A stretch of DNA of 64,000 nucleotides from an uncultured Acidobacteriota bacterium. GTDB taxonomy: Bacteria; Acidobacteriota; Thermoanaerobaculia; UBA5066; Gp7-AA6. The notes below the pieces were generated by a model. The model was given only the letters and a program-made list of their open reading frames with translations. It was not told the origin of the DNA and did not search any database. The DNA lies in NCBI GenBank assembly GCA_963764715.1, contig CAVXTP010000021.1, positions 32,001 through 96,000 of the forward strand, read 5' to 3'. The position numbers were made by a program, and so were the translations under genes. This document shows, one piece after another, positions 37,877 to 48,485 of the stretch. How positions within the stretch are numbered: the stretch's first letter is position 1; every line of letters starts with the position of its first letter.

Positions 37877-37879
37877 AGG

Positions 37880-38248
37880 CTAGCGGACGGAGACGGCGAT
37901 GCCGTTCTCGAAGACCACGGTCTTGCCGACGCTGCGGTAGGTCCAGGTCTCGCGGGCGACGCCCGCCCCGGTCGTCTCGGTCGAGACGTCGTCGGGAGCG
38001 CCGAGGAGGGCGCGGACCTGGTCGGGCGTCATGTTCTCCGTCACGCCGCCGTTCGAGGGCTGATCGGCTTCGCGGCCGACGGCCTCGCCGGCGGACGTGC
38101 GCGCGTCGCTCGCCGCGGCCGCGGTCCGGGCGCGATCGATGGGGGAGCCTCGCGTTTCGCCGGGCGCCGAGCGGGTCAGCAGGCCCTGCGTCTTGACGAG
38201 GTACGCGACGATCCCGGCGGCGGCGAGCAGGAGCAGCAGCCTCTTCAT
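37880..38248 (-). CDS. Small membrane-anchored protein with SmpA/OmlA(BamE)-like C-terminal domain
   Basis: N-terminal TM; MTPDQVRALLGAPD...ETWTY...VVFENG. Confidence 0.75.
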   Translation of the reverse strand: MKRLLLLLAAAGIVAYLVKTQGLLTRSAPGETRGSPIDRARTAAAASDARTSAGEAVGREADQPSNGGVTENMTPDQVRALLGAPDDVSTETTGAGVARETWTYRSVGKTVVFENGIAVSVR

Positions 38249-38295
38249 GGCCCGATGATACGCGCCTCCCCGCCGACGTTAGACTTGGCCCTCGC

Positions 38296-38883
38296 ATGAG
38301 CTACTGCCGCGCGGCGAAGGGGCACCCGTACCACGGCCCGTACCACGACCGCGAGTATGGATTTCCCGTGCGTTCCGAGGCGGCCCTCCTCGAGCGGCTG
38401 GCCCTCGAGATCAATCAGGCCGGCCTCTCCTGGCTCACGATGCTCGTCAAGCGCGAGAATTTCCGCCGCGCGTTCGCCGGTTTCGACCCCGACGCCGTGG
38501 CCGCGTTCGGCGCCCGCGAGCGCCGGCGCCTGATGTCCGACGCCGGCATCGTCCGCAACCGTCTCAAGATCGCCGCGGTCATCGAGAACGCGCGGCGTCT
38601 CCGGGCGATCCGCGATACGCACGGCTCGTTCGCGCGATGGCTCGACGCGCACCACCCCCGCTCGGCGAAGGAATGGCAGAAGCTCTTCGGGGCGACCTTC
38701 GTCTTCACCGGCGGCGAGATCGTGAAGTCCTTTCTCCTCAGCACGGGCTACCTGCGCGGGGCGCACGTGCCGGCCTGCCCGGTTTACGCGAAGGTGGCGA
38801 GGAAGAGGCCGGCCTGGATGAAGGCCGCGGAGCGGCGACGTCCGCGGGCCCCGAGCGTCACTTCATCGGGCCGAACGGCTTGA
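38296..38883 (+). CDS. tag: DNA-3-methyladenine glycosylase I
   Basis: YHDREYG, LEINQAGLSW, KRENFRRAF, IVRNRLKI, HVPAC zinc motif. Confidence 0.93.
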   Translation: MSYCRAAKGHPYHGPYHDREYGFPVRSEAALLERLALEINQAGLSWLTMLVKRENFRRAFAGFDPDAVAAFGARERRRLMSDAGIVRNRLKIAAVIENARRLRAIRDTHGSFARWLDAHHPRSAKEWQKLFGATFVFTGGEIVKSFLLSTGYLRGAHVPACPVYAKVARKRPAWMKAAERRRPRAPSVTSSGRTA

Positions 38884-40234
38884 CCTGCTCCTCGACGAGC
38901 TTCCGGTCCCCGACCACCACGATCGTGGCCTTGTCGTCCTGGAGGTACTTCTTCGCCATCTCCTGAACCTCGGCCGGCGTCACGGCGTAGATCCGCGCGA
39001 CGTATCCGTTGAGGTAGTCGGCCGGAAGGCCGTTCAGGTCGACGAACTCGAGCTGCCCGGTGATCCCGGACCGCGAGGAGTTCTGCAGGACGAACACTCC
39101 CGCCCGGTAGTTCTGGAACGCGCGGAGCTCCTTTTCCGTCGGCGGCTCGGCCTGGAGCCGGTCGATCTCCGCGAAGATCTCCTTCAAGGCCGGCCCCGTC
39201 ACGTTGGTCGTGACGTCGGCGATCTCGATCCAGTACGCGTCGCGGTACCGGTTGGAGAGCTGGCCCTGCGGCGAATACGTGTAGCCCTTCTGCTCGCGGA
39301 TGTTGGACGTGATGCGGGAGGCGAAGGAGCCGCCGAGGAGCACGTTGGTCAGGTAGAGCTTGTCCCAGTCCGGGTTCGAGGGATCGATGACGGGCATGCC
39401 GACGTCGAGCGTCGACTGCGGCGCGCCCGGACGGTCGATGAGGTACACGGCGCGCTCGCTCCTCGGCTTCGGCCGGGAGGTGTTCGGCGCGGGCCCGCGC
39501 TTCCAGCCGGCGAACGCCTTGCGGATCGCGGCCTCCATCGCCGTCGCGTCGAAGCGGCCGACCACGTAGATGCGAGAGCGCGCGGCACCGAAGTTGCGGT
39601 CGTAGAAGTCGCGCACCTGCGCGACCGTGTAGCCCTGGAGCATCGCCTCCGTCGGGAAGATGCGGCCGTAGGGATGGTCCCCGTAGAGGACGGCGCGAAA
39701 CTTCTCCTGCGCCAGGGGCTGCGGCTGGCTCTTCTGGATCGAGAGCTGGCGGGCGCGGTCGGCCTTCAGGCGGCCGAGCTCGCTTTCCGGAAACTTCGGG
39801 TGCTGAACCACGTCGGCAACGAGGGCCACCATCTCGGGCCCGAACTCCGAGAGGACGTCTCCGCCGATGTCGGTCCGGTTCGGTCCGACCGCAATCTCGA
39901 GGGCCCCGCCCATGCGGGCGGCGTCCTCGGCGATTTTCGACGCGCTGCGGGTCGCCGTGCCCTCGGAGAGCATGTCGCCCGCCAGGTCGGCCAGCCAGAC
40001 CTCGTTGGCCTTCTCGTCGACGTTGCCGGTCAGGACCGCGAGGTTCACGGAGACCTTCGGGACCGTTCCGTACGGCACCAGCGTGACTCCGAGCCCGTTG
40101 TCGAGGGTCAGCGTCGTCGGCTTCGGCACCGAGAAGCCCTTCGGCGTCCCGGGCGCGGGCGGCGCCTGCTTGTCGGCGAGGAGCGCCGGGGCCGCGGCGA
40201 GTCCGGCGAGGAAGGCGGCGGTGAGCTTGTTCAT
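38858..40234 (-). CDS. M16B peptidase, non-catalytic subunit
   Basis: LDNGL, LGGSFASR..NIREQKGYTY; lacks HxxEH; signal peptide. Confidence 0.9.
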   Translation of the reverse strand: MNKLTAAFLAGLAAAPALLADKQAPPAPGTPKGFSVPKPTTLTLDNGLGVTLVPYGTVPKVSVNLAVLTGNVDEKANEVWLADLAGDMLSEGTATRSASKIAEDAARMGGALEIAVGPNRTDIGGDVLSEFGPEMVALVADVVQHPKFPESELGRLKADRARQLSIQKSQPQPLAQEKFRAVLYGDHPYGRIFPTEAMLQGYTVAQVRDFYDRNFGAARSRIYVVGRFDATAMEAAIRKAFAGWKRGPAPNTSRPKPRSERAVYLIDRPGAPQSTLDVGMPVIDPSNPDWDKLYLTNVLLGGSFASRITSNIREQKGYTYSPQGQLSNRYRDAYWIEIADVTTNVTGPALKEIFAEIDRLQAEPPTEKELRAFQNYRAGVFVLQNSSRSGITGQLEFVDLNGLPADYLNGYVARIYAVTPAEVQEMAKKYLQDDKATIVVVGDRKLVEEQVKPFGPMK

Positions 40235-40242
40235 GATCGCTC

Positions 40243-41649
40243 CTAGGATCCCTGCCGGGTGTCGGCCTTGGGTTCGATGACCAGGATCGTGCGATTGCCG
40301 GGCCGCAGGTACTCCCGGGCCGTCTTCTGGATCTGCTCGGGAGTGACCTTGCGGAACTCGGCCTCGATGCGGTTGATCTTTCCGGGATCGTCGTCGAAGA
40401 GGGCGAAGGAGGCGAGGAGGTCCGCCCGCCCGAAGCCGCCGAACTGCTCCATCTTGTCGTAGAGGCTGGAGCGCATCTTGACGAGGGCGCGGTCGAGCGT
40501 GGCCTGGTCGACCGGAGTCGTCTGGATCCCGGAGATCTCGTCGTCGAAGACCTTGAGGATCTGGTCCGGTGTCTTGTCCTTGTCGAAGAAGAGCGAGACA
40601 TCCCAGAGCGTCGGGCCGTTGATGTTGAACATGTCGCCGAGGCCCGAGTTGATCCCGCCCTCCACCTCGCCGGTCAGGCCGTTTTTCTGCACGAGCGCCT
40701 GGTACAGGCGGCTGTCCTTGCCCTGGACCATGATCTGGTCGATCAGGCCCATCGCGTAGTAGTCGGGCGTGCCCGGGCCGGGCGCGTGGTAGCCGATGGC
40801 GATGGCGGGCCGCGTCGCGAGCTTGTCTTCCTTGGTGACGCGTTTCTCCTTTTCCTGGCGGGGCTCGGAGATGTCGGCCTTCGGCGGCAGCTTGGAGGCC
40901 GGGACGGGCGAGAAGTACTTCTCGATCCAGGCCTTCGTCGCCGCGGGCTCGAAATCTCCGACGACCACGAGGACCGCGTTGTTCGGGGCGTAGAAGGTCT
41001 TGAAGAAGTTCGCGACGTCGTCGAGCGTGGCGGCGTCGAGGTGCGCCAGGTCGCCGTAGAAGTTGTGGGCGTTGTACCAGTTCGTGTTGGCGTACTGCGG
41101 CAGGTCGAGCCAGGGAAATCCGCCGTAGGGCTGGTTGAGGACGTTGACCTTGACCTCGTTCTTGACGACCTCCTGCTGGTTCTTGAGGTTCTCGGCGGTG
41201 ATGGCGAGGCCCTTCATGCGGTCGGCCTCCGCCCAGAGCGCCGTTTCGAGGGCGTGCGCGGGCACGACCTCGAAGTAGTTGGTGAAGTCGAACCGGGTCG
41301 AGCCGTTGAGCATGCCTCCGTTCGACTGGACGAGCTTGATGAACTCCATCTTCCCGAGGTTTTCCGAGCCCTGGAACATCATGTGCTCGAAGAGATGGGC
41401 GAAGCCGGTCCGGTCCTTCGGCTCGATCCGAAACCCGATGTTGTAGTAGACGGCGACGACCGCCACGGGGGCGGTCGTGTCCCGGGACAGAACGACCTTC
41501 AGGCCGTTGGGAAGCTTCGAGTAGTCGACCGGGATCTCGAAGGCCGCCGGGGCGGCGGGAAGCGCGAACGCGGGGGCCGCGGCAAGCCCCCCGGCGCAGG
41601 CCAGCACGGCGGCGGCCACTCGGACGCCCGAACGCGAAACGAATTTCAT
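40243..41649 (-). CDS. M16B zinc peptidase, catalytic subunit
   Basis: GFAHLFEHMMFQGS (HxxEH), NGST, YAPNNA; signal peptide. Confidence 0.93.
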   Translation of the reverse strand: MKFVSRSGVRVAAAVLACAGGLAAAPAFALPAAPAAFEIPVDYSKLPNGLKVVLSRDTTAPVAVVAVYYNIGFRIEPKDRTGFAHLFEHMMFQGSENLGKMEFIKLVQSNGGMLNGSTRFDFTNYFEVVPAHALETALWAEADRMKGLAITAENLKNQQEVVKNEVKVNVLNQPYGGFPWLDLPQYANTNWYNAHNFYGDLAHLDAATLDDVANFFKTFYAPNNAVLVVVGDFEPAATKAWIEKYFSPVPASKLPPKADISEPRQEKEKRVTKEDKLATRPAIAIGYHAPGPGTPDYYAMGLIDQIMVQGKDSRLYQALVQKNGLTGEVEGGINSGLGDMFNINGPTLWDVSLFFDKDKTPDQILKVFDDEISGIQTTPVDQATLDRALVKMRSSLYDKMEQFGGFGRADLLASFALFDDDPGKINRIEAEFRKVTPEQIQKTAREYLRPGNRTILVIEPKADTRQGS

Positions 41650-41704
41650 GTCATCCTCCTCGGCTCCGACGGCTGAACTTTACGTCGGAAAGCGAGGAAG
41701 GTTC

Positions 41705-42736
41705 TTGTCCGCCGAAAACGGGCCGTCGTCCGGCCCGGGCCCGTTTCGCCCGGCCGCCTGGCTTCCCGGTCCCCACCTGCAGACCGTCTGGGGAAGGCTG
41801 GCGCGCTCGCGCCGGCAGGTCGCTTTGCGCCGGGAGGTCCTCGAAACGCCGGACGGCGACGACCTGGTGGTCGACCACGTCGACGGACCGGCGGGAACCC
41901 CGCGGGGGATCGTGCTCCACGGCCTCGAGGGCAGCTCCTATTCGGTCTACGCGCAGGGCCTTCTCCTCGAGATGCGCCGGCGGGGCTGGCGCGGGACGGC
42001 GATGAACTTTCGATCGTGTGCCCGCGATCCCGCCGACCTCGAGCGGATGCTCCCGAACCGCCGCCCGCGTCTGTACCATTCCGGCGAAACGCAGGACCTC
42101 GACTTCCTCGTCCGCACGCTCGCCGCGCGCGACCCGGCGGCGCCGCTCTTCGCGGTCGGCGTGTCGCTCGGCGGCAACGTGCTGCTCAAGTGGCTCGGCG
42201 AAGCTCGTCCGCCCCGTCCGATCGCGGCGGCGGTCGCGATCTCGACGCCCTACGATCTGGCGGCGAGCGCCCGGCAGCTCGACACGGTGCTCGGGCGCGC
42301 GTATACGGCCGGATTCCTCTCGACGCTCAAAGGAAAGGCGGTCGACGTCCGCCGCCGCTTTCCGGAGGCCGCCGGATCGATCGACCTGCCCCGGGCCCTC
42401 GCGGCCCGCACGTTCTGGGAGTTCGACGACGCGGCCAACGCGCCCCTCCACGGGTTCGAGGGGGCCGACGACTACTATCGCCGCGCGAGCTCGCTCGGAT
42501 ACCTGCCGGGGATCGAGGCGCCGACGCTTTGCCTTTCGGCCGCCGACGATCCCTTCCTCCCCGCGGAGGCGCTCGAGCGGGCGCGCCGGGCCGCGCCGCC
42601 CTCCGTCGAGTTCGCCGTCACGCCGCGCGGCGGCCACATCGGCTTCGTCTCCGGCCGGGCGCCGTGGGACGCGCGCTACTGGGCGGAGGGGTTCGCGATC
42701 GACTGGGTCGCACGGACCCTGCGCGACTCGCGCTGA
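41705..42736 (+). CDS. YheT-like alpha/beta hydrolase
   Basis: GPHLQT, HGLEGSS, GVSLGGN nucleophile, DDPF, GGHIGF; probable TTG start after a GAGGAAGG RBS. Confidence 0.9.
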   Translation: MSAENGPSSGPGPFRPAAWLPGPHLQTVWGRLARSRRQVALRREVLETPDGDDLVVDHVDGPAGTPRGIVLHGLEGSSYSVYAQGLLLEMRRRGWRGTAMNFRSCARDPADLERMLPNRRPRLYHSGETQDLDFLVRTLAARDPAAPLFAVGVSLGGNVLLKWLGEARPPRPIAAAVAISTPYDLAASARQLDTVLGRAYTAGFLSTLKGKAVDVRRRFPEAAGSIDLPRALAARTFWEFDDAANAPLHGFEGADDYYRRASSLGYLPGIEAPTLCLSAADDPFLPAEALERARRAAPPSVEFAVTPRGGHIGFVSGRAPWDARYWAEGFAIDWVARTLRDSR

Positions 42737-42740
42737 ATGG

Positions 42741-42769
42741 AAAAGCCGGGGGCCCCATGCCCCCGGCTT
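42741..42769 (-). terminator. Rho-independent terminator between convergent genes
   Basis: AAGCCGGGGG...CCCCCGGCTT hairpin with a T-tract on the minus strand. Confidence 0.8.
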
Positions 42770-42807
42770 GCGATCGACGAAGAAGTCCTACGAAGCCTGG
42801 TGACGGT

Positions 42808-43164
42808 TTAGTAGGGCTTCTTCGCGCTGGTCGCGTCGATCGATGTCGCGACCGTGCGGCCGCCCTGCTCGCTCGACTCGATGGAGACGAGGGAGCCGAC
42901 CTTGAGGTCGCCGTTCAGCTTGGTCGAGCCGGTCCAGTAAACCGTGACTTCCTTGCCGCTGGCCTCGTCCTTCATGACGAAGCTCTTCGAGGTGTTGTCG
43001 ACCGAGGTGATCGACCCGCGCATCGTCCTGGCGGGCGCCTGCGTCGACTGTGAAGACTGGACGGCCTGCGGATCCTGCGGATCGCGCGGCTTGTCCTGAG
43101 GCGTGGCCACGGCTGCCGCCGCGATGGCGGAAGCGATTGCCGCAGAAAGGAACATTTTCTTCAT
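42808..43164 (-). CDS. Small secreted OB-fold-like protein (DUF5666-like)
   Basis: AAGGAGG RBS, signal peptide, GSITSVD...T.L..DLKVGSLV.I. Confidence 0.78.
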   Translation of the reverse strand: MKKMFLSAAIASAIAAAAVATPQDKPRDPQDPQAVQSSQSTQAPARTMRGSITSVDNTSKSFVMKDEASGKEVTVYWTGSTKLNGDLKVGSLVSIESSEQGGRTVATSIDATSAKKPY

Positions 43165-43222
43165 CGAAACCTCCTTTGGACAGGTGTCCTCACCGAGAGG
43201 CACCTGAGAGAGAGATTTCAAC

Positions 43223-43238
43223 TGCAATCGGCGGGCCA
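43223..43238 (-). promoter_or_regulatory. Sigma-54 promoter
   Basis: Minus strand TGGCCCGCCGATTGCA = GG-N10-GC with TTGCA. Confidence 0.7.
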
Positions 43239-43277
43239 GCGAGGCCGGACGCCGACCGCCGGCGAGGTGTGACGAAA

Positions 43278-44546
43278 TCAAACGGTTCCGGCCGCGGGCT
43301 TGCGCCGGGGCGCGCGGCGGCGCGGGGCCTGGACGAACTGCTCGGCCGTGACGTCGGTGTGGATGACGGTGCCGCGGCGGACGGTGGCGCCGTCCGGGAT
43401 CTCCGCGTTCTTGCCGATCGTCGTGATGCCGAGCCCCTCGGCCGGCCGCTCCCCGCGCGCGAACTTGCCGACGCGGGCCCGCCGCCCGATCCGCACGGTC
43501 TTGTCCACGATCGCGCGCTCGATCTTTGCCCCGGCGTCGATCCAGGTGTCGGTCAGGATGACCGACTCGCGGATCCAGGCGTCCGGGCCGACGAAGACGC
43601 CGGGGGAGAGGATGCTTCGTTCGACGCGCGCCCCCGCCGAGATGATGCAGCCGTCGGTGATCATGCTGTCGCGGATCACGGCCCCGTTGTGGATCGAGAC
43701 GGGCGGGCGCTCCTCCGACCGCGTGTGGACGATCCAGGCGCGGTCGTTGAGGTCGACGGGCGGCGGCGTCTTCAGGAGGTCCATCTGCGTTTGCCAGTAG
43801 GCCTCGGTCGTCCCGACGTCCACCCAGTAGCCCTGGAAGGGATAGGCGAAGACCCGCTGCCCGGCCGAGATCATGCGGGGAAGGATGTCCTTGCCGAAGT
43901 CGTGCGTCGAGTCGCGGCGCTTGGAGTCCTCCGTCAGGACCTGCGCGAGCATCGTGCGGCCGAAGACGTAGATGCCCATCGACGCCAGCGTCCCGGGCGG
44001 ATCGGCCGGCTTCTCGACGAAGCGGGTGACGCGCTGGTTCTCGTCGGTCGAGAGGATGCCCATGCGCGTGGCCTCGTCGCGCGTCACGTTGAGCGTTGCG
44101 ATCGTGCAGTCGGCCTGCTTCTCGAGATGGAACGCGACGAGCCACCCGTAGTTCATCTTGTAGATGTGGTCGCCGGACAGGACGAGGATCAGGTCCGGCG
44201 AGCCGCGCTCCACGAACGACAGGTTCTGGGCGATGGCGTCGGCCGTGCCCTTGTACCAGTCGGTGACGGAGCGTCCGCGGTAGGGCTGGTAGATCTGGAC
44301 GCCGCCGGTGAACCCGCGGTCGAGGTCCCACGGCCGACCCGAGGCGATGTGCTCGTTCAGGGAGTGCGGCCGGTACTGGGTCAGGATCATGACGTCCGAG
44401 ATCCCGGAATTCACGCAGTTGGAGAGCGTGAAGTCGATGATCCGGTACTTGCCCGCGAAGGGCACGGCGGGCTTGGCGCGCTTCTCGGTCAGCACGCCGA
44501 GGCGCGAGCCTTCGCCGCCGGCGAGGATCACCGCCCGGGCCCTCAT
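43278..44546 (-). CDS. glgC: Glucose-1-phosphate adenylyltransferase
   Basis: [62 protein letters not shown]. Confidence 0.96.
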   Translation of the reverse strand: MRARAVILAGGEGSRLGVLTEKRAKPAVPFAGKYRIIDFTLSNCVNSGISDVMILTQYRPHSLNEHIASGRPWDLDRGFTGGVQIYQPYRGRSVTDWYKGTADAIAQNLSFVERGSPDLILVLSGDHIYKMNYGWLVAFHLEKQADCTIATLNVTRDEATRMGILSTDENQRVTRFVEKPADPPGTLASMGIYVFGRTMLAQVLTEDSKRRDSTHDFGKDILPRMISAGQRVFAYPFQGYWVDVGTTEAYWQTQMDLLKTPPPVDLNDRAWIVHTRSEERPPVSIHNGAVIRDSMITDGCIISAGARVERSILSPGVFVGPDAWIRESVILTDTWIDAGAKIERAIVDKTVRIGRRARVGKFARGERPAEGLGITTIGKNAEIPDGATVRRGTVIHTDVTAEQFVQAPRRRAPRRKPAAGTV

Positions 44547-44556
44547 CGGCTTCGGT

Positions 44557-45993
44557 CTACCCCGGCGCGCGCGCGGCCCGGGCGCGCTCGTACAGGGCCG
44601 CGTACTCCTTCGCCGAGCGCGACCAGGAGAAGTCGCGGGCCATGCCGTTCTTCTGGAGCTCGAGCCATCGGGCCGGCTGAGCGTACACCTTCAACGCGCG
44701 TTCGAGGGCGTCCCAGAGCGCCCAGGGATGGAATTCGTCGAACATCACCCCGGTCCCGCCGGGATCGCCGGCGTCGGTCACCGTGTCGGCCAGCCCGCCC
44801 GTGCGGCGGGCGATCGGGACGCAGCCGTACCGCATGCCGATCATCTGCGCGAGGCCGCAGGGCTCGTAGCGCGACGGGATCAGAAGCGCGTCGGCGCCCG
44901 CGTAGACGCGGCGCGCGTACCGGGCGTCGAAGCGCAGGCGGACGCTGGCGCGCCGGGGGTAGCGCATCTCGAACTCGGCGTACTCGTGCTCGAGGCCCGG
45001 GTCCCCCGTCCCGAGCAGCACGAACTGGCCGCCGCGCTCGAGCCAGCGGCGCACGGCGGGAGCGGCGACGTCGAACCCCTTCTCCTTGACGAGCCGCGAG
45101 ACGACCGCGAGGAGGGGCATCCGCGGGTCCTTCTCGAGACCCGCCTCGTCCTGGAGCGCCGCCTTGTTCCCGACCCGCGCCGCGAGCGTCGCGGAGTCGA
45201 AGTGGACCGCGATGTCGGGGTCCGTGGACGGGTCCCAGGATTCGACGTCGATGCCGTTCAGGATCCCGGAGAGCCGGTCCGCCCGCAGGCGAAGGACGGC
45301 GTCGAGCCCGTGACCGCCCTCGGGCGAGAGGATCTCGCGGGCGTAGGTCGGCGAGACCGTGGAGAGGTAGTCGGCGCCGAGGATGCCGAGCGCCATCAGG
45401 GAGTCCCGGTAGCCCGCGGGCAGCGCGTTGAGCGCGTCGTTGAGGCGAAGCTTGTATTCCCCGAGGTACCGGCCGGCGCCCTGGGCCGCGTACGGAAGGT
45501 TGTGGATCGTGAAGACCGAGCCGACGTCGCGGAAGAACGGGTTCTCGCGCCCCTCCGTCCCCAGCCACCAGACCGCCGGCCCGGTGTGCGAGTCGTGCGC
45601 GTGGACGACGTCCGGCTTCCACGAGGTCGCTTCCGCCGACCACAGCGCGGCGAGGGAGAAGAAGACGAACTTCGGCCCGTCCTCCTCGATCGAGCGCCCG
45701 TAGATCCAGCGGTCCTGGGGGATCGGGGGACCCGTCACGAGGTAGACGGGCGTGCCGCCGGACTCCGTCTGCCAGACGTCGGCGCGCTCCTCTCCGCCGA
45801 GCGTGTAGACCGGGAACTGCGCCACGCGCAGGGGTTCGTAGCGCGCCCAGTCGATCGCACCGTAGCCGGGGATGGCGACGCGGACCTCGTGGCCGAGGGC
45901 GGCGAGCGCGCGCGGGAGCGAACCGACGACGTCCGCGAGCCCGCCGACCTTGGCCAGCGGCGCTGCTTCGGCCGCCAGCATCAGGATCCGCAC
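44557..45993 (-). CDS. glgA: Glycogen synthase
   Basis: [40 protein letters not shown]; GTG start. Confidence 0.96.
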   Translation of the reverse strand: MRILMLAAEAAPLAKVGGLADVVGSLPRALAALGHEVRVAIPGYGAIDWARYEPLRVAQFPVYTLGGEERADVWQTESGGTPVYLVTGPPIPQDRWIYGRSIEEDGPKFVFFSLAALWSAEATSWKPDVVHAHDSHTGPAVWWLGTEGRENPFFRDVGSVFTIHNLPYAAQGAGRYLGEYKLRLNDALNALPAGYRDSLMALGILGADYLSTVSPTYAREILSPEGGHGLDAVLRLRADRLSGILNGIDVESWDPSTDPDIAVHFDSATLAARVGNKAALQDEAGLEKDPRMPLLAVVSRLVKEKGFDVAAPAVRRWLERGGQFVLLGTGDPGLEHEYAEFEMRYPRRASVRLRFDARYARRVYAGADALLIPSRYEPCGLAQMIGMRYGCVPIARRTGGLADTVTDAGDPGGTGVMFDEFHPWALWDALERALKVYAQPARWLELQKNGMARDFSWSRSAKEYAALYERARAARAPG

Positions 45994-46192
45994 GGGGCAA
46001 TTATGGCCCACCCCCCGGCGTCCGGCCGGGCGCGCCCCGCATGCTATGCTTTCATCTGTTCTCGTCCGCTCGCCCCATTCCGGGCCCCTGCCCGAATCCC
46101 GAACGGTACGAAGCGAGAAGGCGTGAGGGCGTTCGGCGGGCCCTCCCGTCCGAACATCGCCGAGGGTTCGGAGCATTCGAAAGGGCAGAGTG

Positions 46193-46504
46193 ATGAAGCT
46201 GTACGTGGGCAACCTTTCCTACAACGCGGGCGAAAACGACCTCCGGGAGCTCTTTTCGGCCTACGGGACCGTGGATTCCGTCGCCGTGATCACCGATCGC
46301 GACACCGGCCGCTCGAAGGGCTTCGGGTTCGTCGAGTTCGGCAACGACGCCGAGGCCCAGGCCGCGATCGCCGGCCTGAACGGCAAGGAAGTCTCGGGAC
46401 GCGCGCTGACGGTTTCGCCCGCCCGCCCGAAGAGCGAGGGCGGCGGGGGCGGCGGACGCGGCGGGTACGGCGGCGGCGGCGGCGGGCGGGGAAACCGTTA
46501 TTGA
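46193..46504 (+). CDS. RRM RNA-binding protein with Gly-rich tail
   Basis: RNP2 KLYVGNL, RNP1 KGFGFVEF, C-terminal [11 protein letters not shown]. Confidence 0.96.
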   Translation: MKLYVGNLSYNAGENDLRELFSAYGTVDSVAVITDRDTGRSKGFGFVEFGNDAEAQAAIAGLNGKEVSGRALTVSPARPKSEGGGGGGRGGYGGGGGGRGNRY

Positions 46505-46547
46505 GTCGCGAACGCGGCACGGCCAACTTCGGCCGGGGAGTGTCCCG

Positions 46548-46850
46548 ATGAACCATGATTGGAAGATTCGAGTCCAGGCGGCCGGGCGGACTCCGTACGT
46601 CTTCAAGGCGACGTTCGTGGGGCGCAACTCGGGCCGGGACGAAGGCTCGCTCGACGTCCGTTATCTCTACGGCGACGGCGACCTCGCGGTCCTGCTCGAG
46701 GACCTGGGCGCCCGCGTGCCCGAGATCTGCGGCCTGATCGACGAGCTCCAGGAGAAGCCGAGCGCGGAGATCGCCGTGGACGTGACCGAAGAAGCGATGG
46801 AGATGCTGGCGAAGGGCCGGTTTCCGGGTCGACGGGAAGGACAGGCGTGA
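46548..46850 (+). CDS. Hypothetical protein
   Basis: GGGGAG RBS, 100 aa, GTGA overlap with the desaturase start. Confidence 0.65.
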   Translation: MNHDWKIRVQAAGRTPYVFKATFVGRNSGRDEGSLDVRYLYGDGDLAVLLEDLGARVPEICGLIDELQEKPSAEIAVDVTEEAMEMLAKGRFPGRREGQA

Positions 46851-47929
46851 ACGAGCGTAAGAAAGACTGGGTCCGGATCGCGTTCTTCGTCCTGTCTCCG
46901 GTCGTCGGCATTCTGGGAACGGCCGCCTGGGCCCTGACGCACGGGATCGCCTGGTGGCAGCCGGCGCTCTTCTTCGTGCTCTACGCCTGCGTCGGCGTCT
47001 CGGTGACCGCCGGCTACCACCGGCTCTTCGCGCACCGGACCTACGAGTGTCATCCGGCCGTCCAGGCCTTCTACCTGTTCTTCGGCGCCATGGCGCTCCA
47101 GAACTCGATCCTGAACTGGGCCTCCGACCACCGCCTGCACCATCGTTACGTCGACCACGACTGGGACCCCTACAACATCCAGCGGGGCGGCTGGTGGGCG
47201 CACATCGTGTGGATCTTCTACAAGAGCCCGGCCGACCGGACCTTCGAGGACGTCCCGGACCTGCAGAAGAACCCGCTCGTGCGGCTCCAGTACCGGTTCT
47301 CGAACCTGATCGGCATCGGGTTCGGACTCGGGATCCCGACGCTCATCGGCTGGGCGTTCGGCGATCCGCTCGGCGGCCTGCTCTGGGGAGGGTTCCTCCG
47401 GGTCGTCGTGATTCACCACACGACGTTCTTCGTCAACTCGATCGCCCATCTGTACGGCACGCGCCCCTACACCGAGGAGAACTCGGCGCGGGACAACCCT
47501 TGGGTGGCGCTCGTGACCAACGGCGAGGGGTACCACAACTTCCACCACCGGTTCCCGACCGACTTCCGCAACGGCCTGCGCTGGTACCAGTGGGACCCGA
47601 GCAAGTGGTGGATCCGCGGCCTGGCCGCCCTCCGGCTGGCCCGCCGGCTCCGCCGCACGCCCGCCCTGGTGATCGAGCGCTCGCGCCTCCAGACGGCGAT
47701 GGGCCGGGCCGAGAAGGAGCTCGTCGCGGCGCCGTCGCACCTTGCCGAGGCGATCCGGCAGCGGCTCGAGTCGGCGCACCACTCGCTCGAGCGCGCGGCG
47801 GCGCTGTGGAACGAGGCCTCCGAGAAGCGGCGCAAGGACTGGAAAGAATACCGGGAGCATCTCGCGCTCGCACGCGGTCACTGGCGCGCGGCGCTTCGTC
47901 TGCTCGGCCGAGCTCCCGAAGGGGCGTAA
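46847..47929 (+). CDS. Acyl-CoA/fatty acid desaturase (delta-9 type)
   Basis: His boxes GYHRLFAH, HRLHH, GEGYHNFHH; DPSKWWI. Confidence 0.95.
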   Translation: MNERKKDWVRIAFFVLSPVVGILGTAAWALTHGIAWWQPALFFVLYACVGVSVTAGYHRLFAHRTYECHPAVQAFYLFFGAMALQNSILNWASDHRLHHRYVDHDWDPYNIQRGGWWAHIVWIFYKSPADRTFEDVPDLQKNPLVRLQYRFSNLIGIGFGLGIPTLIGWAFGDPLGGLLWGGFLRVVVIHHTTFFVNSIAHLYGTRPYTEENSARDNPWVALVTNGEGYHNFHHRFPTDFRNGLRWYQWDPSKWWIRGLAALRLARRLRRTPALVIERSRLQTAMGRAEKELVAAPSHLAEAIRQRLESAHHSLERAAALWNEASEKRRKDWKEYREHLALARGHWRAALRLLGRAPEGA

Positions 47930-47992
47930 CCGCCGCGTGAGGTCCTTCCTTGAACGGGAAGGGAACGACACGGGCCCTGCCGGGGCGGTTCC

Positions 47993-48469
47993 TCAGGCCT
48001 GGGGCGAGTAGGTCGGCAGGGACATCGAGCCCGCGCGCCAGTCGTTCATCTCGGGCTCGCTCCGCAGCAGGTCCTTCAGCGTGATCTTGCCGAGGACCTC
48101 GTCGACGGCCGTCTGGACGCGCCGCCAGACCGAGCGGATCGAGCAGTCCGGCATGTGGGTGCAGAGCCGCTCGAGACCGGAATGCCCGTCGCAGAACGTC
48201 GGCTCGTAGAGACGGCCGCCCAGGGTCGCGAGCACGTGGCCGACGACGATCTCCTCGGCCGGACGGGAGAGGGCGTAGCCGCCCGACTGGCCCCGGGTCG
48301 AGGTGACGAAGCCGCCGCGCCGCAGGATGCGCATCATCTTCGCGACGTTCGGCTCGGAGATCCCCTCGGCCCGCGAGAGCTCGGGGATCGTGAGGCTGGC
48401 GCCGCCGCCTCCGCGGCCCACCCGGAGGAGGCACCGCAGACCGTACTCTTCCTGCGAAGTCAGTTTCAT
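47993..48469 (-). CDS. Rrf2 family regulator (SUF-associated, 3 C-terminal Cys)
   Basis: YGLRCL, STRGQSGGYAL, FC...LC....DC. Confidence 0.92.
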   Translation of the reverse strand: MKLTSQEEYGLRCLLRVGRGGGGASLTIPELSRAEGISEPNVAKMMRILRRGGFVTSTRGQSGGYALSRPAEEIVVGHVLATLGGRLYEPTFCDGHSGLERLCTHMPDCSIRSVWRRVQTAVDEVLGKITLKDLLRSEPEMNDWRAGSMSLPTYSPQA

Positions 48470-48485
48470 GCCGCGCGTGCTCCGA

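Noticed and set aside
43175-43220. Glycine riboswitch suggested by CTCTCAGG on the minus strand
   Set aside because: No upstream GGAGA / CCGAAG aptamer elements, too little space after the promoter, and the downstream gene is unrelated
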